The position numbers were made by a program, and so were the translations under genes. Shown here piece by piece: positions 37,337 through 47,172 of a DNA stretch of 64,000 nucleotides. The stretch is from Pedosphaera sp. GTDB lineage: Bacteria; Verrucomicrobiota; Verrucomicrobiia; Limisphaerales; SIBH01. Position 1 is the stretch's first letter. The number at the start of each line of letters is the position of its first letter. The DNA is taken from assembly GCA_031414955.1 (NCBI GenBank), contig JANOQV010000102.1:1-64000 (forward strand), read 5' to 3'. The notes under the pieces were generated by a model. That model had not been told where the DNA came from. It saw nothing but the letters and a program-made list of their open reading frames with translations, and ran no database searches.

Positions 37337-37958
37337 GCCTGAACTCACGGAACGACAGCAGCAAATCGTCGATTTCATCGACCGGCAGCAGCACAAGCGG
37401 GGCGTCACGCCTACGCTCACGGAGATTGCCGCTCACTTTGGTTTCCGCAGCGTGACGACCGTGGCCGACCACTTGCGCCTCATCCGGCAGAAGGGCTTTC
37501 TGACCGGCGGCGAGCCGGGCCAAGCGCGTTCCTTGCGCGTTATCTCTCCCCTGCACGCCCTCCGTAAGCGGGTCGTGGACATTCCTGTCTACGGCTCCAT
37601 CCCCGCCGGGTTCGCAGACGACCGGAAGCAGGAGGCGAAGGGCTGCGTGTCCATTGACATCGAGACGCTGGGCATCAAACCGACGCCACGCACGTTCGCG
37701 CTCGAAGTCCGGGGCGACTCCATGATTGGGAAGTGCATCATGGACGGCGACCTCGTGGTGCTCGAACACGGCATGACGCCGCGCACGGGCGACGTGGTTG
37801 CCGCGCTCATCGACAACGAGAGCACGCTCAAGACCTTTTTGCTCAACCGCAGCAAGCCGTTCCTCCGCGCTGAAAACCCAAAGTTTCCCGACCTCATCCC
37901 GGCGCACGAGTTGGTGATTCAGGGCGTCATGGTCGCGCTCATTAGAAAACGGAAATGA
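37335..37958 (+). CDS. lexA: LexA repressor
   Basis: LTERQ..PTLTEIAAHFG winged HTH; IPAG cleavage site; GDSM catalytic Ser; TLK catalytic Lys. Confidence 0.93.
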   Translation: MPELTERQQQIVDFIDRQQHKRGVTPTLTEIAAHFGFRSVTTVADHLRLIRQKGFLTGGEPGQARSLRVISPLHALRKRVVDIPVYGSIPAGFADDRKQEAKGCVSIDIETLGIKPTPRTFALEVRGDSMIGKCIMDGDLVVLEHGMTPRTGDVVAALIDNESTLKTFLLNRSKPFLRAENPKFPDLIPAHELVIQGVMVALIRKRK

Positions 37959-37964
37959 GTCTGA

Positions 37965-40900
37965 GTGCCCCGCGTCATTGTCCATCTCGATGCCGACGCT
38001 TTCTTCGCGTCGGTGGAACAAGCTGCCGACTGCCGCTTGCGCGGCAAGCCCATCGCGGTCGGCGGTGAGAAGCGCGGCATCATCGCCTCAGCTTCTTACG
38101 AAGCGCGAAAGTTCGGCGTCTACACGCCCATGCCCACAGTCCGGGCACGGAAGTTGTGTCCCAAGCTCATCGTGCTGCCCGGCGACTTCGACAAGTATGA
38201 GCACTTCTCCCGCTGGATGTTCAGCTACGCGCAGGACTTCACGCCGGACGTGGAGATTGCCAGCATCGACGAAGGCTACTTCGACCTGAGCGCCGTGCGG
38301 AAGCCGCCGATGACCGTGGCGGAAACCATCCGCACGGCCATCCGACAGTCGCTCAAGATTTCTGTCAGCGAGGGCGTCGGCAGCAACAAACTCGTCAGCC
38401 AGATTGCCTCGAAGCTGACCAAGCCCTGCGCGTTCAGTGAAGTGCCCGCTGGAAACGAAATCTCATTCCTCCATCCACTGCCGAACAAGTGGCTGCCCGG
38501 CGTCGGCCCCGCGACCGCGCAGCGTCTTAATGCTGCCGGGCTGGCCTACATCCGCCACATCTCGGCGACGCCCACGGACATGTTGCACATGCTGGTGGGC
38601 AACATGGCCCCCGCGCTCAAGGCGCACGCGGATGGCATCGACGAGCGCCCGGTGATGCCGATGAGCGCACCAGCCAAGTCCTACGGCCAGCAGCAGACCT
38701 TCGACGCGGACATCACGGACGAAGAGTTTGCCGAGGCCGTGCTCCGGCGCATGGCCGATGACCTGATGGCCAAGGTGCGGGCGGACGGCAAGAGCATCCG
38801 CACGCTGACCGTGAAGGTGCGCTACAACGACATGGGTGAAGACCAGTGCGGCGAGAGCCTGCTGGAACCGACCGACCTCGAAACGGATTTGTATGGTCGT
38901 CTACACGTTCTCTTCCGTCAGGCGTGGAAACGGCGCGTCAGCCTGCGGCTCGTCTCGCTCAAGCTCTCGAATGTCTACGACGGCATCTTCCGCGCTGAAC
39001 TCGCGCTCGAACGGTCAGCCGACCAGCACGACGCCCGGCGGCGCGTGGCCCAAGTTGTAGACGAACTTCGTCGCACACGCGGGCGTGAGGTCATCCTGCG
39101 CGGGCACGACTTCCGGTTACGCGATGCGCCGATGGACACCGCGAAGTTTTTGGAACAGCAGAGCGTGATGAAGCCTCGTGCGGTCGTGCGCGTGCCCATG
39201 CGCCGGGTCACACCGACCAGCTACGTGCCCCTGAGCGTTCACAGCGCCTATTCATTTCTGAACTCCACGCTCACCGTGGATGCCATCGTTGCGCTGGCGA
39301 AGAAGCGCGGCCTGTCCGCCGTGGCACTCGCGGACGCCGGGAACTTGCACGGCGCGGTGGAGTTCACGCAGGCAGCGAAGAAGGCAGGAATCAAACCCAT
39401 CCTCGGTGCAACTGTGCTGGTCGATGGTCAGGCCGCACACTTCTACGTTCAGAACACGACCGGCTATCACAACCTCTGCCGTCTGCTTTCCACGACCACG
39501 CCGCACGCCGAATCCGACGAGGACTCCACCGAGCCGCGCCATGTGCGTCTTCGTCTACAAGAGTTGCATAGCCTGAACGACGGGCTGATTGCGGTCAGCG
39601 CGGACATGCGCCTGTCTACAGTTTTCGGTGAGCGGTTCTATCGCGCAGTGATGGACGTAGACGAAGCGAAGTTGGCCAGAGGTTCGCGCTGCGTTGCCGC
39701 TCTGTCTGTTCACTACGCCGAGAGTGCTGACCGCTGGAAGTGGAACATCGTCCAGTCCATCCGCACGCGCACGCTATTGCGGCAGGCGCATCCGGGCAAA
39801 GTGCTCGACGGCGACTTTCATCTGCGAACCCCGGCGGAGATGACGACGCTGTTCCGGGATTTTCCCGATGTGCTGACGAACACGTTCGAGTTGACCGAGC
39901 GTTGCACGTTCGAGCTACCGCTCGGTGCGCCGCAGTTCCCGGCGTTCAAGCCGGAGGATGGTTCAACGTCTCGCGCCTTCCTGCGGAAGCTCGTGCTCGA
40001 AGGACTGCACCGCCGTTACCGCGACCGGGCCGACGTGATGCACGCGCAGGTGGACGAGGAACTGGGCATCATCGCCGAGGTCGGCTACGAGGACTACTTC
40101 CTCGTGGTCTGGAACATCCTGCAAGAGTGTCGGCGGCTCGGCATCGAGTGGATTACCCGTGGCAGCGCGGCGGACTCGCTCGTGTGCTACTGCCTCGGCA
40201 TCTCCGACGTGTGCCCTATCCGGTTCGACCTCTACTTCCGCCGCTTCTTGAACAAGGAGCGCATGGCCATGAAGAAGCTCCCGGACATCGACATCGACTT
40301 CGCCCACGACCGGAAGGACGACGTGGTGGACATCATCTTTGGAATTTACGGTCGTAAATTTGCGGCAGTAGTCGGCGGCTTCTCCACTTTCCAAGCGCGG
40401 TCGGCGTTTGCCGAAGTGGCCAAGGTGCTCGGCGTCGCGGAGCGTGAAGTGCGGAAGTTCACCGACCACTTCCCGTGGAGCTTCGGCGGCGGCTGGGTGC
40501 CCAACGAGCCAACTCCGAGCGGCGGCATGGGCCTGATGGAGATGCTCAAGGCCAGCCCGGAGAACCGTGACCTCCCGTTCGACGAAGAGCCTTACCGCAC
40601 GGCGTTGCTCATGGCCGACTTCCTCGACGGGATGCCGCGCTACCCGAAGATGCACCCGTGCGGCGTCGTGCTCTCCTGTCAGCCGATGCTCGAACTGACG
40701 CCGACGTTCACATCGAACAAGGGCTACCCGACCACGCACTTCGACATGGATGCGGTCGAGGCCATCGGGCTGGTGAAAATTGACGTGCTCGCGCAAGGCG
40801 GTTTGGCAGCGATGCGCGATGCAAAGCAGTCGCTCGCCCGAAGCGGCATCGAGGTTGACCTTGCGAGACTGGAACCGTGGCAGGATAAGAACGTCTGGGA

Positions 40901-42317
40901 GATGCTGGCCAGTGGCGGCTCGCGTGCGGTGCATCACATCGAGTCACCGGCGATGATTGGACTCTGCCGTCAGTGCAACGTGCGCGACATCGACGGACTC
41001 GTGGCCATCGTCAGCGTCATCCGGCCCGGCGCGGCCAACGAGGGGAAGAAACAGTCATTCGCACGGCGTTACCAAGGACTCGAACCCATCACGTATCCGC
41101 ACCCGTCGTTGGAGGCGTGTCTCAGGAGCACGTTCGGGCTGGTGGTCTACGAAGAGCACATCCTGCAAATGTGCGAAGCCTTCGCCGGACTTCCTCCGGG
41201 TCGCGCCGACGTGTTGCGCCGTGCTCTGGCGAAATACAAGGAGCCGCTCATCGAGGAAATCCGCCGCGAGTTCTTCTACTGCGCGAAGGCACGCGGCCAT
41301 GACGACGAGAAGACCGTCGAGGTCTGGAATCTGGTGCGTGGTTTTTCAGGCTACGCCTTCTGCAAGGCCCACAGCACGGCGTATGGCGTCGAGGCGTATC
41401 AGAGCGCGTGGCTCAAGCGTTACCACCCGGTCGAGTTCATGGCGGCGGTGCTGACCAACGGCAAGGGCTTCTACCACGCTCTCGTCTACGTCCTCGAATG
41501 TCACCGGCTTGGCATAACGATGCTGCCGCCGTGCGTGACCAGTCCCGGCCCGCAGTTCTCCGTCGAAGGACAATCCATCCGTGTGCCGCTGACTCGCGTG
41601 AAGGGACTCACCGAGCGCACGACCACACGCTTCTTGAGTGAGCATGGCCGTGGCCCGTTCACGTCCATGTCTGACTTCTACCGGCGCGTCACGCCGACAC
41701 CGGACGAGATGGAGTCGATGATTCGGGTCGGTGCGTTCGATTGCTTCGGCAAGACGCGCACAGCGCAGTTTTGGGAATCACGCCATCTGCACCAAGCCTT
41801 CGGCGAAACGTCCGCGCCCGGTCAGGGCTGGCTCCTGCCGCCGCCCGCGACCGACCGGCTGCCTGCGGTGCCGTTGCAGGAGCCGACACGCCGCCAACGT
41901 CTTGAGTGGGAAACCGAACTGCTCGACTTCACGGCCAGCGGTCATCCGCTCGAACTCCACGACCAAATCGCGTGGAACACCTACTGCCCGGTGAACCGGC
42001 TCGGTGAGCACATCGGCCAGCAAGTCGTGACCTGCGGCCTCATCATCGAACAGCGCACGCACCATCAAATCACCGGCGAGCCGATGAAGTTCCTCACCTT
42101 GTCTGACTGGACGGGCATGGTGGAGACGGAACTCTTCGCGCCGACGTATCGCAGTTACGGACTGGCGACCGTGCGCTACCCGGTGCTCGAAGTCACCGCG
42201 ACCGTGGAGCCGTTTGAAAACGGGCGCGGGTTCTCGCTGCGCGTGCTGCACGCCGGGAAGCCACGAGCAGCGTCTACTGGCGCATCAGCTTCACCCGTGA
42301 TTGAATCGCGCCCGTGA
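37965..42317 (+). CDS. Fusion of a Y-family DNA polymerase (DinB-like) and a DnaE2-type Pol III alpha (1450 aa)
   Basis: HLDADAFFASVEQ, SYEARKFGV and SIDEGYFD; then PHP (HSAYSFL, GIKPILG), RGSAADS, PDIDIDF, HPCG, KIDVL, FCKAHS and a C-terminal OB fold. Confidence 0.92.
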   Translation: MPRVIVHLDADAFFASVEQAADCRLRGKPIAVGGEKRGIIASASYEARKFGVYTPMPTVRARKLCPKLIVLPGDFDKYEHFSRWMFSYAQDFTPDVEIASIDEGYFDLSAVRKPPMTVAETIRTAIRQSLKISVSEGVGSNKLVSQIASKLTKPCAFSEVPAGNEISFLHPLPNKWLPGVGPATAQRLNAAGLAYIRHISATPTDMLHMLVGNMAPALKAHADGIDERPVMPMSAPAKSYGQQQTFDADITDEEFAEAVLRRMADDLMAKVRADGKSIRTLTVKVRYNDMGEDQCGESLLEPTDLETDLYGRLHVLFRQAWKRRVSLRLVSLKLSNVYDGIFRAELALERSADQHDARRRVAQVVDELRRTRGREVILRGHDFRLRDAPMDTAKFLEQQSVMKPRAVVRVPMRRVTPTSYVPLSVHSAYSFLNSTLTVDAIVALAKKRGLSAVALADAGNLHGAVEFTQAAKKAGIKPILGATVLVDGQAAHFYVQNTTGYHNLCRLLSTTTPHAESDEDSTEPRHVRLRLQELHSLNDGLIAVSADMRLSTVFGERFYRAVMDVDEAKLARGSRCVAALSVHYAESADRWKWNIVQSIRTRTLLRQAHPGKVLDGDFHLRTPAEMTTLFRDFPDVLTNTFELTERCTFELPLGAPQFPAFKPEDGSTSRAFLRKLVLEGLHRRYRDRADVMHAQVDEELGIIAEVGYEDYFLVVWNILQECRRLGIEWITRGSAADSLVCYCLGISDVCPIRFDLYFRRFLNKERMAMKKLPDIDIDFAHDRKDDVVDIIFGIYGRKFAAVVGGFSTFQARSAFAEVAKVLGVAEREVRKFTDHFPWSFGGGWVPNEPTPSGGMGLMEMLKASPENRDLPFDEEPYRTALLMADFLDGMPRYPKMHPCGVVLSCQPMLELTPTFTSNKGYPTTHFDMDAVEAIGLVKIDVLAQGGLAAMRDAKQSLARSGIEVDLARLEPWQDKNVWEMLASGGSRAVHHIESPAMIGLCRQCNVRDIDGLVAIVSVIRPGAANEGKKQSFARRYQGLEPITYPHPSLEACLRSTFGLVVYEEHILQMCEAFAGLPPGRADVLRRALAKYKEPLIEEIRREFFYCAKARGHDDEKTVEVWNLVRGFSGYAFCKAHSTAYGVEAYQSAWLKRYHPVEFMAAVLTNGKGFYHALVYVLECHRLGITMLPPCVTSPGPQFSVEGQSIRVPLTRVKGLTERTTTRFLSEHGRGPFTSMSDFYRRVTPTPDEMESMIRVGAFDCFGKTRTAQFWESRHLHQAFGETSAPGQGWLLPPPATDRLPAVPLQEPTRRQRLEWETELLDFTASGHPLELHDQIAWNTYCPVNRLGEHIGQQVVTCGLIIEQRTHHQITGEPMKFLTLSDWTGMVETELFAPTYRSYGLATVRYPVLEVTATVEPFENGRGFSLRVLHAGKPRAASTGASASPVIESRP

Positions 42318-42496
42318 AAGCACTCGACGAACTGTGCAAGGCCACGGGCACCTGTGCCGATGAATGGGAGTTCCTCGATGGCCCTGACAGCGGGTGCGGC
42401 GTGGATTACTGGCTCAAGCACAAGCCGACCGGCAAGGAAGCCTACGTCAATGATGACCAAGGCCATGTGAAAGTGGACTGCGAACTTGCTGGTTGA
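42314..42496 (+). CDS. 60-aa acidic hypothetical protein coupled to the polymerase gene
   Basis: GTGA overlap with the polymerase stop; four Cys; plausible codon usage. Confidence 0.55.
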   Translation: MKALDELCKATGTCADEWEFLDGPDSGCGVDYWLKHKPTGKEAYVNDDQGHVKVDCELAG

Positions 42497-42520
42497 ATCT
42501 ACGAAAGCGAGAGACGACGT

Positions 42521-42910
42521 ATGCCCCAAGACCAAGAAACAGGAGCAGCAGGAGACGCCTTCGGTCGCCAGACTGCGCCACTGATTGCACAAGCCATCGG
42601 CGCGACGATGCGAGGCGGCGCGAGCAATGAAGCGGATTTCAACGGGCAGCGCATCGTCATAAAGTGTGCCGGACAGAAGACGCAGAGTGTCGGGGTTACT
42701 TACCAGATGCTCGACCGTCTTGACGCCATCATCGCTGCGTTCGAGCAGGGCGACGGTGCGTTCGAGGTCATCTCGTTGCCAGCCGACGTATACCGTCAAC
42801 GCATGACTGAAACGCAAAGTCGTGGTGCATCTGCGGGCGCAGTCGGCATCGTCACGAAGAGCGTTTTCATTTCCGATGGACGCCCCATCTCAACTGTCCG
42901 TCCGCACTAA
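42521..42910 (+). CDS. Hypothetical protein (129 aa)
   Basis: ATG with purine-rich upstream sequence; globular composition; its stop abuts the convergent gene. Confidence 0.6.
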   Translation: MPQDQETGAAGDAFGRQTAPLIAQAIGATMRGGASNEADFNGQRIVIKCAGQKTQSVGVTYQMLDRLDAIIAAFEQGDGAFEVISLPADVYRQRMTETQSRGASAGAVGIVTKSVFISDGRPISTVRPH

Positions 42911-44365
42911 TCATCGCAATTCCCCACGGCACCCCAGCGCGAACATCTTCGCGCCGATGCGGCAGAGCGCCTCGTGATACTCGCTGCTGAGATGGTCGAG
43001 GCTCTCGTTGTGCCCGAACTCGTGGATGATGAGTTGCACCACGTCGTCGGTGATGCCGCGCTCGAACCAGTCCGCGCCGAGCCGGAACTTGTTAAAGACC
43101 AGTTCGCCGCCGGGGCCGTAGGACGCGCCGCCGAGATGGTGAGGCGTGGAACAGAACTTCACGACAATCGAGCGGGACAAAACTTTGTCTGCCACACGCT
43201 GCGCGAACACGGCGACCTCGCGCATCCCGTCCGTCCACTTTGATTCGGGAATCCATTCACGGAACACGGCGGCGTTCGGGTCGTCTTCACCTGTCCAAAC
43301 TTTCGGGCCGGGCGTCACCTGACCGGCGGGCTTGATGGCTTCGGCGCTCTTCACGTTCTTCCACGCGCTCGCTGACATCATGCCGCCGTGGACGACCGTG
43401 TAGCCCTCACTGACCGCGAGCTTGTTTGCCTCCGGGTCTGAGGGGTCGAAGGCCACGCGCTTTTCGCCGAAGCGTTGGCTCACGTAGCTCTGGACGGCCT
43501 CGGAGGTGCAGTCAGGTGAAGTCATCGCTGTCTCGGCCCACTCGCTGTTCACGTCCTCCGGGCCAAGAAGTGCGTGCATCTGATTGAAGACGCCCACGCG
43601 CACTTGCCGGAGAAATCCCGGCGGCACGTTCTCGCGGTCGATGGTGAGCGGCACCTTCTGGCCGATGTCGTAGTGCCACTTGTCTCCCGTCTCCACGACC
43701 GGGATGCCCATTTCGTAAAGCATCGCCGTCTCGCCGGGCTGCGGCGTGAAAAGCCGCACGCTCGTCTCACGATTCACCCGGCGGAGAAATCCATCCGCGC
43801 TCGCGACCTCCGTGGGTAACGTGGTGGTGAACTGCTGCAACTCACTGCGAGGTTCAAGCGTAGTGCCGTTGAACACCGTCTCGATGCCCGCCGGGCAAAT
43901 CAGCTTCCTCACCTGATGCTCGACAGCGCGGCACTCGTCCTCGGTCATCCGCAGCAGGCACTCGATGCGGCTGCCGACCGGCTGACGTGTCCGTAGTGTG
44001 TGCCGACCATCGGCATCGAAACGGATGCCGCCCTTGGTCGTGCGGATGGTCACTTCATCACTGATGGCCAGCACGAGCTTCTCGCCGAAGTTGAAGCGTC
44101 CGCGCTGCTGCGGGTTGGACTTCTTCGCCGACTCGGCGAAGAGCGTGAAGGCGTGGCTCAGGTCGTGGAAGCCTTCCGGGGCATCGTCCTCGACGACCAG
44201 CAGCACCCGGTTGCGGCCACGGTATTCGAGCGTCGCGCTGACCTTGGTGACGCCGGATTCATCCCACGCATTTTGGACAAGCTCGAACAGGACGAACTCC
44301 TTGCCCTTGCGTTCAAGAATTCGCGCCAGCCCGTGCTTATCAACTTCAAACCAGTTCTTCATCAT
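42911..44365 (-). CDS. GHKL ATPase with a C-terminal HExxH zincin-like motif
   Basis: ELVQNAWDE, VEDDAPEGF, RGRFNFGEK; LIIHEFGH..DH..YH near the C-terminus. Confidence 0.8.
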   Translation of the reverse strand: MMKNWFEVDKHGLARILERKGKEFVLFELVQNAWDESGVTKVSATLEYRGRNRVLLVVEDDAPEGFHDLSHAFTLFAESAKKSNPQQRGRFNFGEKLVLAISDEVTIRTTKGGIRFDADGRHTLRTRQPVGSRIECLLRMTEDECRAVEHQVRKLICPAGIETVFNGTTLEPRSELQQFTTTLPTEVASADGFLRRVNRETSVRLFTPQPGETAMLYEMGIPVVETGDKWHYDIGQKVPLTIDRENVPPGFLRQVRVGVFNQMHALLGPEDVNSEWAETAMTSPDCTSEAVQSYVSQRFGEKRVAFDPSDPEANKLAVSEGYTVVHGGMMSASAWKNVKSAEAIKPAGQVTPGPKVWTGEDDPNAAVFREWIPESKWTDGMREVAVFAQRVADKVLSRSIVVKFCSTPHHLGGASYGPGGELVFNKFRLGADWFERGITDDVVQLIIHEFGHNESLDHLSSEYHEALCRIGAKMFALGCRGELR

Positions 44366-44371
44366 CCATAC

Positions 44372-44380
44372 ATTTTACCA
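44372..44380 (-). promoter_or_regulatory. Extended -10 element TGGTAAAAT
   Basis: Ends 6 nt before the ATG at 44365, consistent with a leaderless mRNA. Confidence 0.45.
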
Positions 44381-44546
44381 GAGGCGTTTTGGAAAAGTGG
44401 TGGATTTGGCTGGTTCCATTGGTGCAAACCCTTGCCAGCACAGTGCGAAAATAAACCGCTTGACGGGTTTTGAGCGGAATCCGAACAGGGTAAACGACGG
44501 CAACAAATCGGGCAAATGAGTCAGGTGCGCCGCACGCTCACTGATG

Positions 44547-45764
44547 TCACTTTGCGGCTCGACGGAAGAAGCCGTCCGGGTCGAAGCCGGTGTCCTTCAA
44601 CGCTCGCGCCCGAAGCGCGGTCGCCACGAAGGCTTCATCCTCAGCAGCGGCAGCCAGAGCTTCGTGAACAAGCAGCACGCCGGGTGTGCCCAGTTCGTCA
44701 GCGCCAACGCGACCGCGCTGGACGTGCCACGGCAGCCACGCACCGGGTCGAGCGTCGGCTGGCGGCTCACTGTCGTTGCAGACGTAGGCGTCTTCGTTCA
44801 GCACGGAGCGCAACACAATCACCGAGGCACGCTGCCCTGCTTCGGGCAGGTCGCTGGTGTGGCGGACGAGTGACTCAAGCCACGGGTCTGGATTCACCGG
44901 GTCGAAGGGCGTGCTTGTTTTCCAATTCCAATCGAGTGGGTTCATCAATGTATCGAGGTCGAGGCCGGTGACGGACACAGCAGGGTCAGCCAAGTCCGGC
45001 ACACTGCTATCGAAATCGTAGCGACGCGGGCCGAGGGCGTGAATCAGGTCAGTGCCGAACGCGAGCGCGTGCTCCACGTCCGCGAGCTTCACGAACTCGT
45101 CGTGGCGGTGCCAGTTGTAGTAGCCCGCAGACACGTTCAGGCAGCACAGGCCAAACCTGCCCCCAATCGCCTTCACGTCCGAAAACGGATGGTGCTGCCA
45201 ATTCAACGCCCCGTGACGGCACATGACCGGCAGCGCGGCGGTGATGAAGTCGCCATCGTTTGGAAATAGGCGCACTCCGCCGGACGTGTAGCTGACGAGT
45301 CCGCGACCGGGACAATCGAACTCGATGACGTAGCCGACACGCTCGAAAAAATCCGGGTCTGCGTTGCGCGAGCCAACACAGCCCACTTCTTCTGCCGCGA
45401 AGAGCGCGACCGCGATGTTGTCGAAGCGTTCGAGCAGTTCGAGGCAGATGAACACCCCCGCCTTGTCGTCGCCGCCGATTCCGGTGCGCCGACCGGCTTC
45501 ATCAAAGCCGACGAGCAACCCGCCGTGTTGAACGATGCAGGCCGGAGCGGAGCGATGAACGGTGTCGATGTGCGCCGCCACGCACGGGAGAAACTCGGAG
45601 TCTCCTTTGGTGATGTAGACGTTATTGTGTTCATCGACGCGGCAGCAAATACCAGAGCGCGGCCCCAACTGTTCAACGTGGCGAACAATGAACTCGACCA
45701 TCGCCTTCTCCTGATAGGAGGGCGATGGCACAGCCAACAGATTCTTCAAAAGTTCAACGCGCAT
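44547..45764 (-). CDS. M20/M28-like zinc metallohydrolase with a C-terminal extension
   Basis: AHIDTVH, GGDDKAG, AEEVGCVGS, EFD and GYYNWH..DE; no signal peptide. Confidence 0.82.
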   Translation of the reverse strand: MRVELLKNLLAVPSPSYQEKAMVEFIVRHVEQLGPRSGICCRVDEHNNVYITKGDSEFLPCVAAHIDTVHRSAPACIVQHGGLLVGFDEAGRRTGIGGDDKAGVFICLELLERFDNIAVALFAAEEVGCVGSRNADPDFFERVGYVIEFDCPGRGLVSYTSGGVRLFPNDGDFITAALPVMCRHGALNWQHHPFSDVKAIGGRFGLCCLNVSAGYYNWHRHDEFVKLADVEHALAFGTDLIHALGPRRYDFDSSVPDLADPAVSVTGLDLDTLMNPLDWNWKTSTPFDPVNPDPWLESLVRHTSDLPEAGQRASVIVLRSVLNEDAYVCNDSEPPADARPGAWLPWHVQRGRVGADELGTPGVLLVHEALAAAAEDEAFVATALRARALKDTGFDPDGFFRRAAK

Positions 45765-45788
45765 AGGCCAAGAATCATCACACGCCTG

Positions 45789-46133
45789 TCAACTCGGTCG
45801 CCGCTTGGCAATTCGGAACTTTGCCGTCACACGGCCCGTGTGCAGCCGCAGTAAATACCCGTCACGGCGCACCGTGAACCCGATGCTCCTGACGACACGC
45901 TGCACGGCCACGCGCACGTCGCGCACCGAAGCGTATTGCGGAATCCGCCCAAGCCTCATCATCAGATGCACCGGCCTGTCGATTCGGTCGCATTTGATTC
46001 TCACGTCCGCGAAGCCTGCGGCATCTAGGGAGTGTTTGAGCGCACCGTGAGGAACCAGCGCGTCCACGGCGCTGGTGTCGTCGTCCGGGTCTGCCGGGTC
46101 GGCTGTCCAGTCGATTTCCTCGTTCGTGTCCAT
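45789..46133 (-). CDS. Hypothetical protein
   Basis: MDTNEEIDW start; acidic N-terminus and basic C-terminus; co-oriented with neighbours. Confidence 0.45.
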   Translation of the reverse strand: MDTNEEIDWTADPADPDDDTSAVDALVPHGALKHSLDAAGFADVRIKCDRIDRPVHLMMRLGRIPQYASVRDVRVAVQRVVRSIGFTVRRDGYLLRLHTGRVTAKFRIAKRRPS

Positions 46134-46164
46134 GTGTCGGTGCCGTGGGCGCTGAATCGCGCCC

Positions 46165-47172
46165 TCACGGGTCATCCATCTTCGGAAAGCGGTAGAGGTA
46201 TTCCTCCGGCACCCCCGCCCTCAGTTCCTTGAGCAGAGCATTGAGCCTGCGGTGATACTGAATGACTTTGGTGCGTTCGGGTTCGGCGGTTGGGATTTCG
46301 GAATCCTCCCACACTTTGAGAACAGCCGTGGCCATCTGGGATTGAAACCAGTAGACGCGATTTGGTTCGTAGCCTTGCCGATTAAGCCAGACCCGGCATG
46401 TGGCGAGATAGTTCGTGATGTCGGTGAATCGTGCGTCAGTCAACGTGCCCGGCTCGGCAGTGAGCACCTTGTAGATGTAGGAACCGCTGGACAGGGTGAA
46501 CTGGCCGAGCAGCCAGCGCGTGGCGAAGCTCGTTCCGTGATTCCGAAGAACAACCACCATCTCGTTGGTCGATGATTTGGCGTCGAAGCCAGATTCCGAA
46601 ATCAACTGCACCGCGCAGTCGGCTGCCGTCATTTCGTTTGTCTCTTCGATTGAAGTCGAAGCGCCTTGCTTGAGCAGCAGGGCCACGATGTTGGTGTTCC
46701 CGCGACGGACAGCCCAGTGAAGCGCGGTGCTGCCGCTGGTGTTGGTCAGGTTCACGTCCGCCTTCTTCGCGAGTAATGCTGCGAGGACGGCGACCTGCTG
46801 CCGCTCCGCTGCGGCAATCAGAGGCGTCGAACCGTCCGTCGCCGCCGCGTTCACGTTCGCGCCACGGTCGAGAAGCATGGTCACCACCCGCAGATGACCG
46901 CCGAGCGCGGCAGCGGCCAACGGTGTAACGCCAGTGGCCTCGCGTGAATCCGCCGCCATGCCCGCGTCGAGAAACAACTTCGCAGCCGTCAGGTCGCCGT
47001 TGCCCGCGCTCCGCACGAAGTCCTGCGGCGTGTATTGCAGATTGAGCGCGGCAAGTTCCTTGCGCGGTTCCTTCACCGCTTTGTCTGGTGAGCGCCCGCA
47101 GCCGGTCAGCGCGAGCGCAACCGCGACCGTGAACAGCAGGCAGCGCATGATGTTTGTGGGTCGTGTCATCAT
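46165..47172 (-). CDS. Ankyrin-repeat lipoprotein
   Basis: Lipobox LTGC; TPLAAAALGGH, TPLIAAA and TALHWAVRRG repeats. Confidence 0.85.
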   Translation of the reverse strand: MMTRPTNIMRCLLFTVAVALALTGCGRSPDKAVKEPRKELAALNLQYTPQDFVRSAGNGDLTAAKLFLDAGMAADSREATGVTPLAAAALGGHLRVVTMLLDRGANVNAAATDGSTPLIAAAERQQVAVLAALLAKKADVNLTNTSGSTALHWAVRRGNTNIVALLLKQGASTSIEETNEMTAADCAVQLISESGFDAKSSTNEMVVVLRNHGTSFATRWLLGQFTLSSGSYIYKVLTAEPGTLTDARFTDITNYLATCRVWLNRQGYEPNRVYWFQSQMATAVLKVWEDSEIPTAEPERTKVIQYHRRLNALLKELRAGVPEEYLYRFPKMDDP

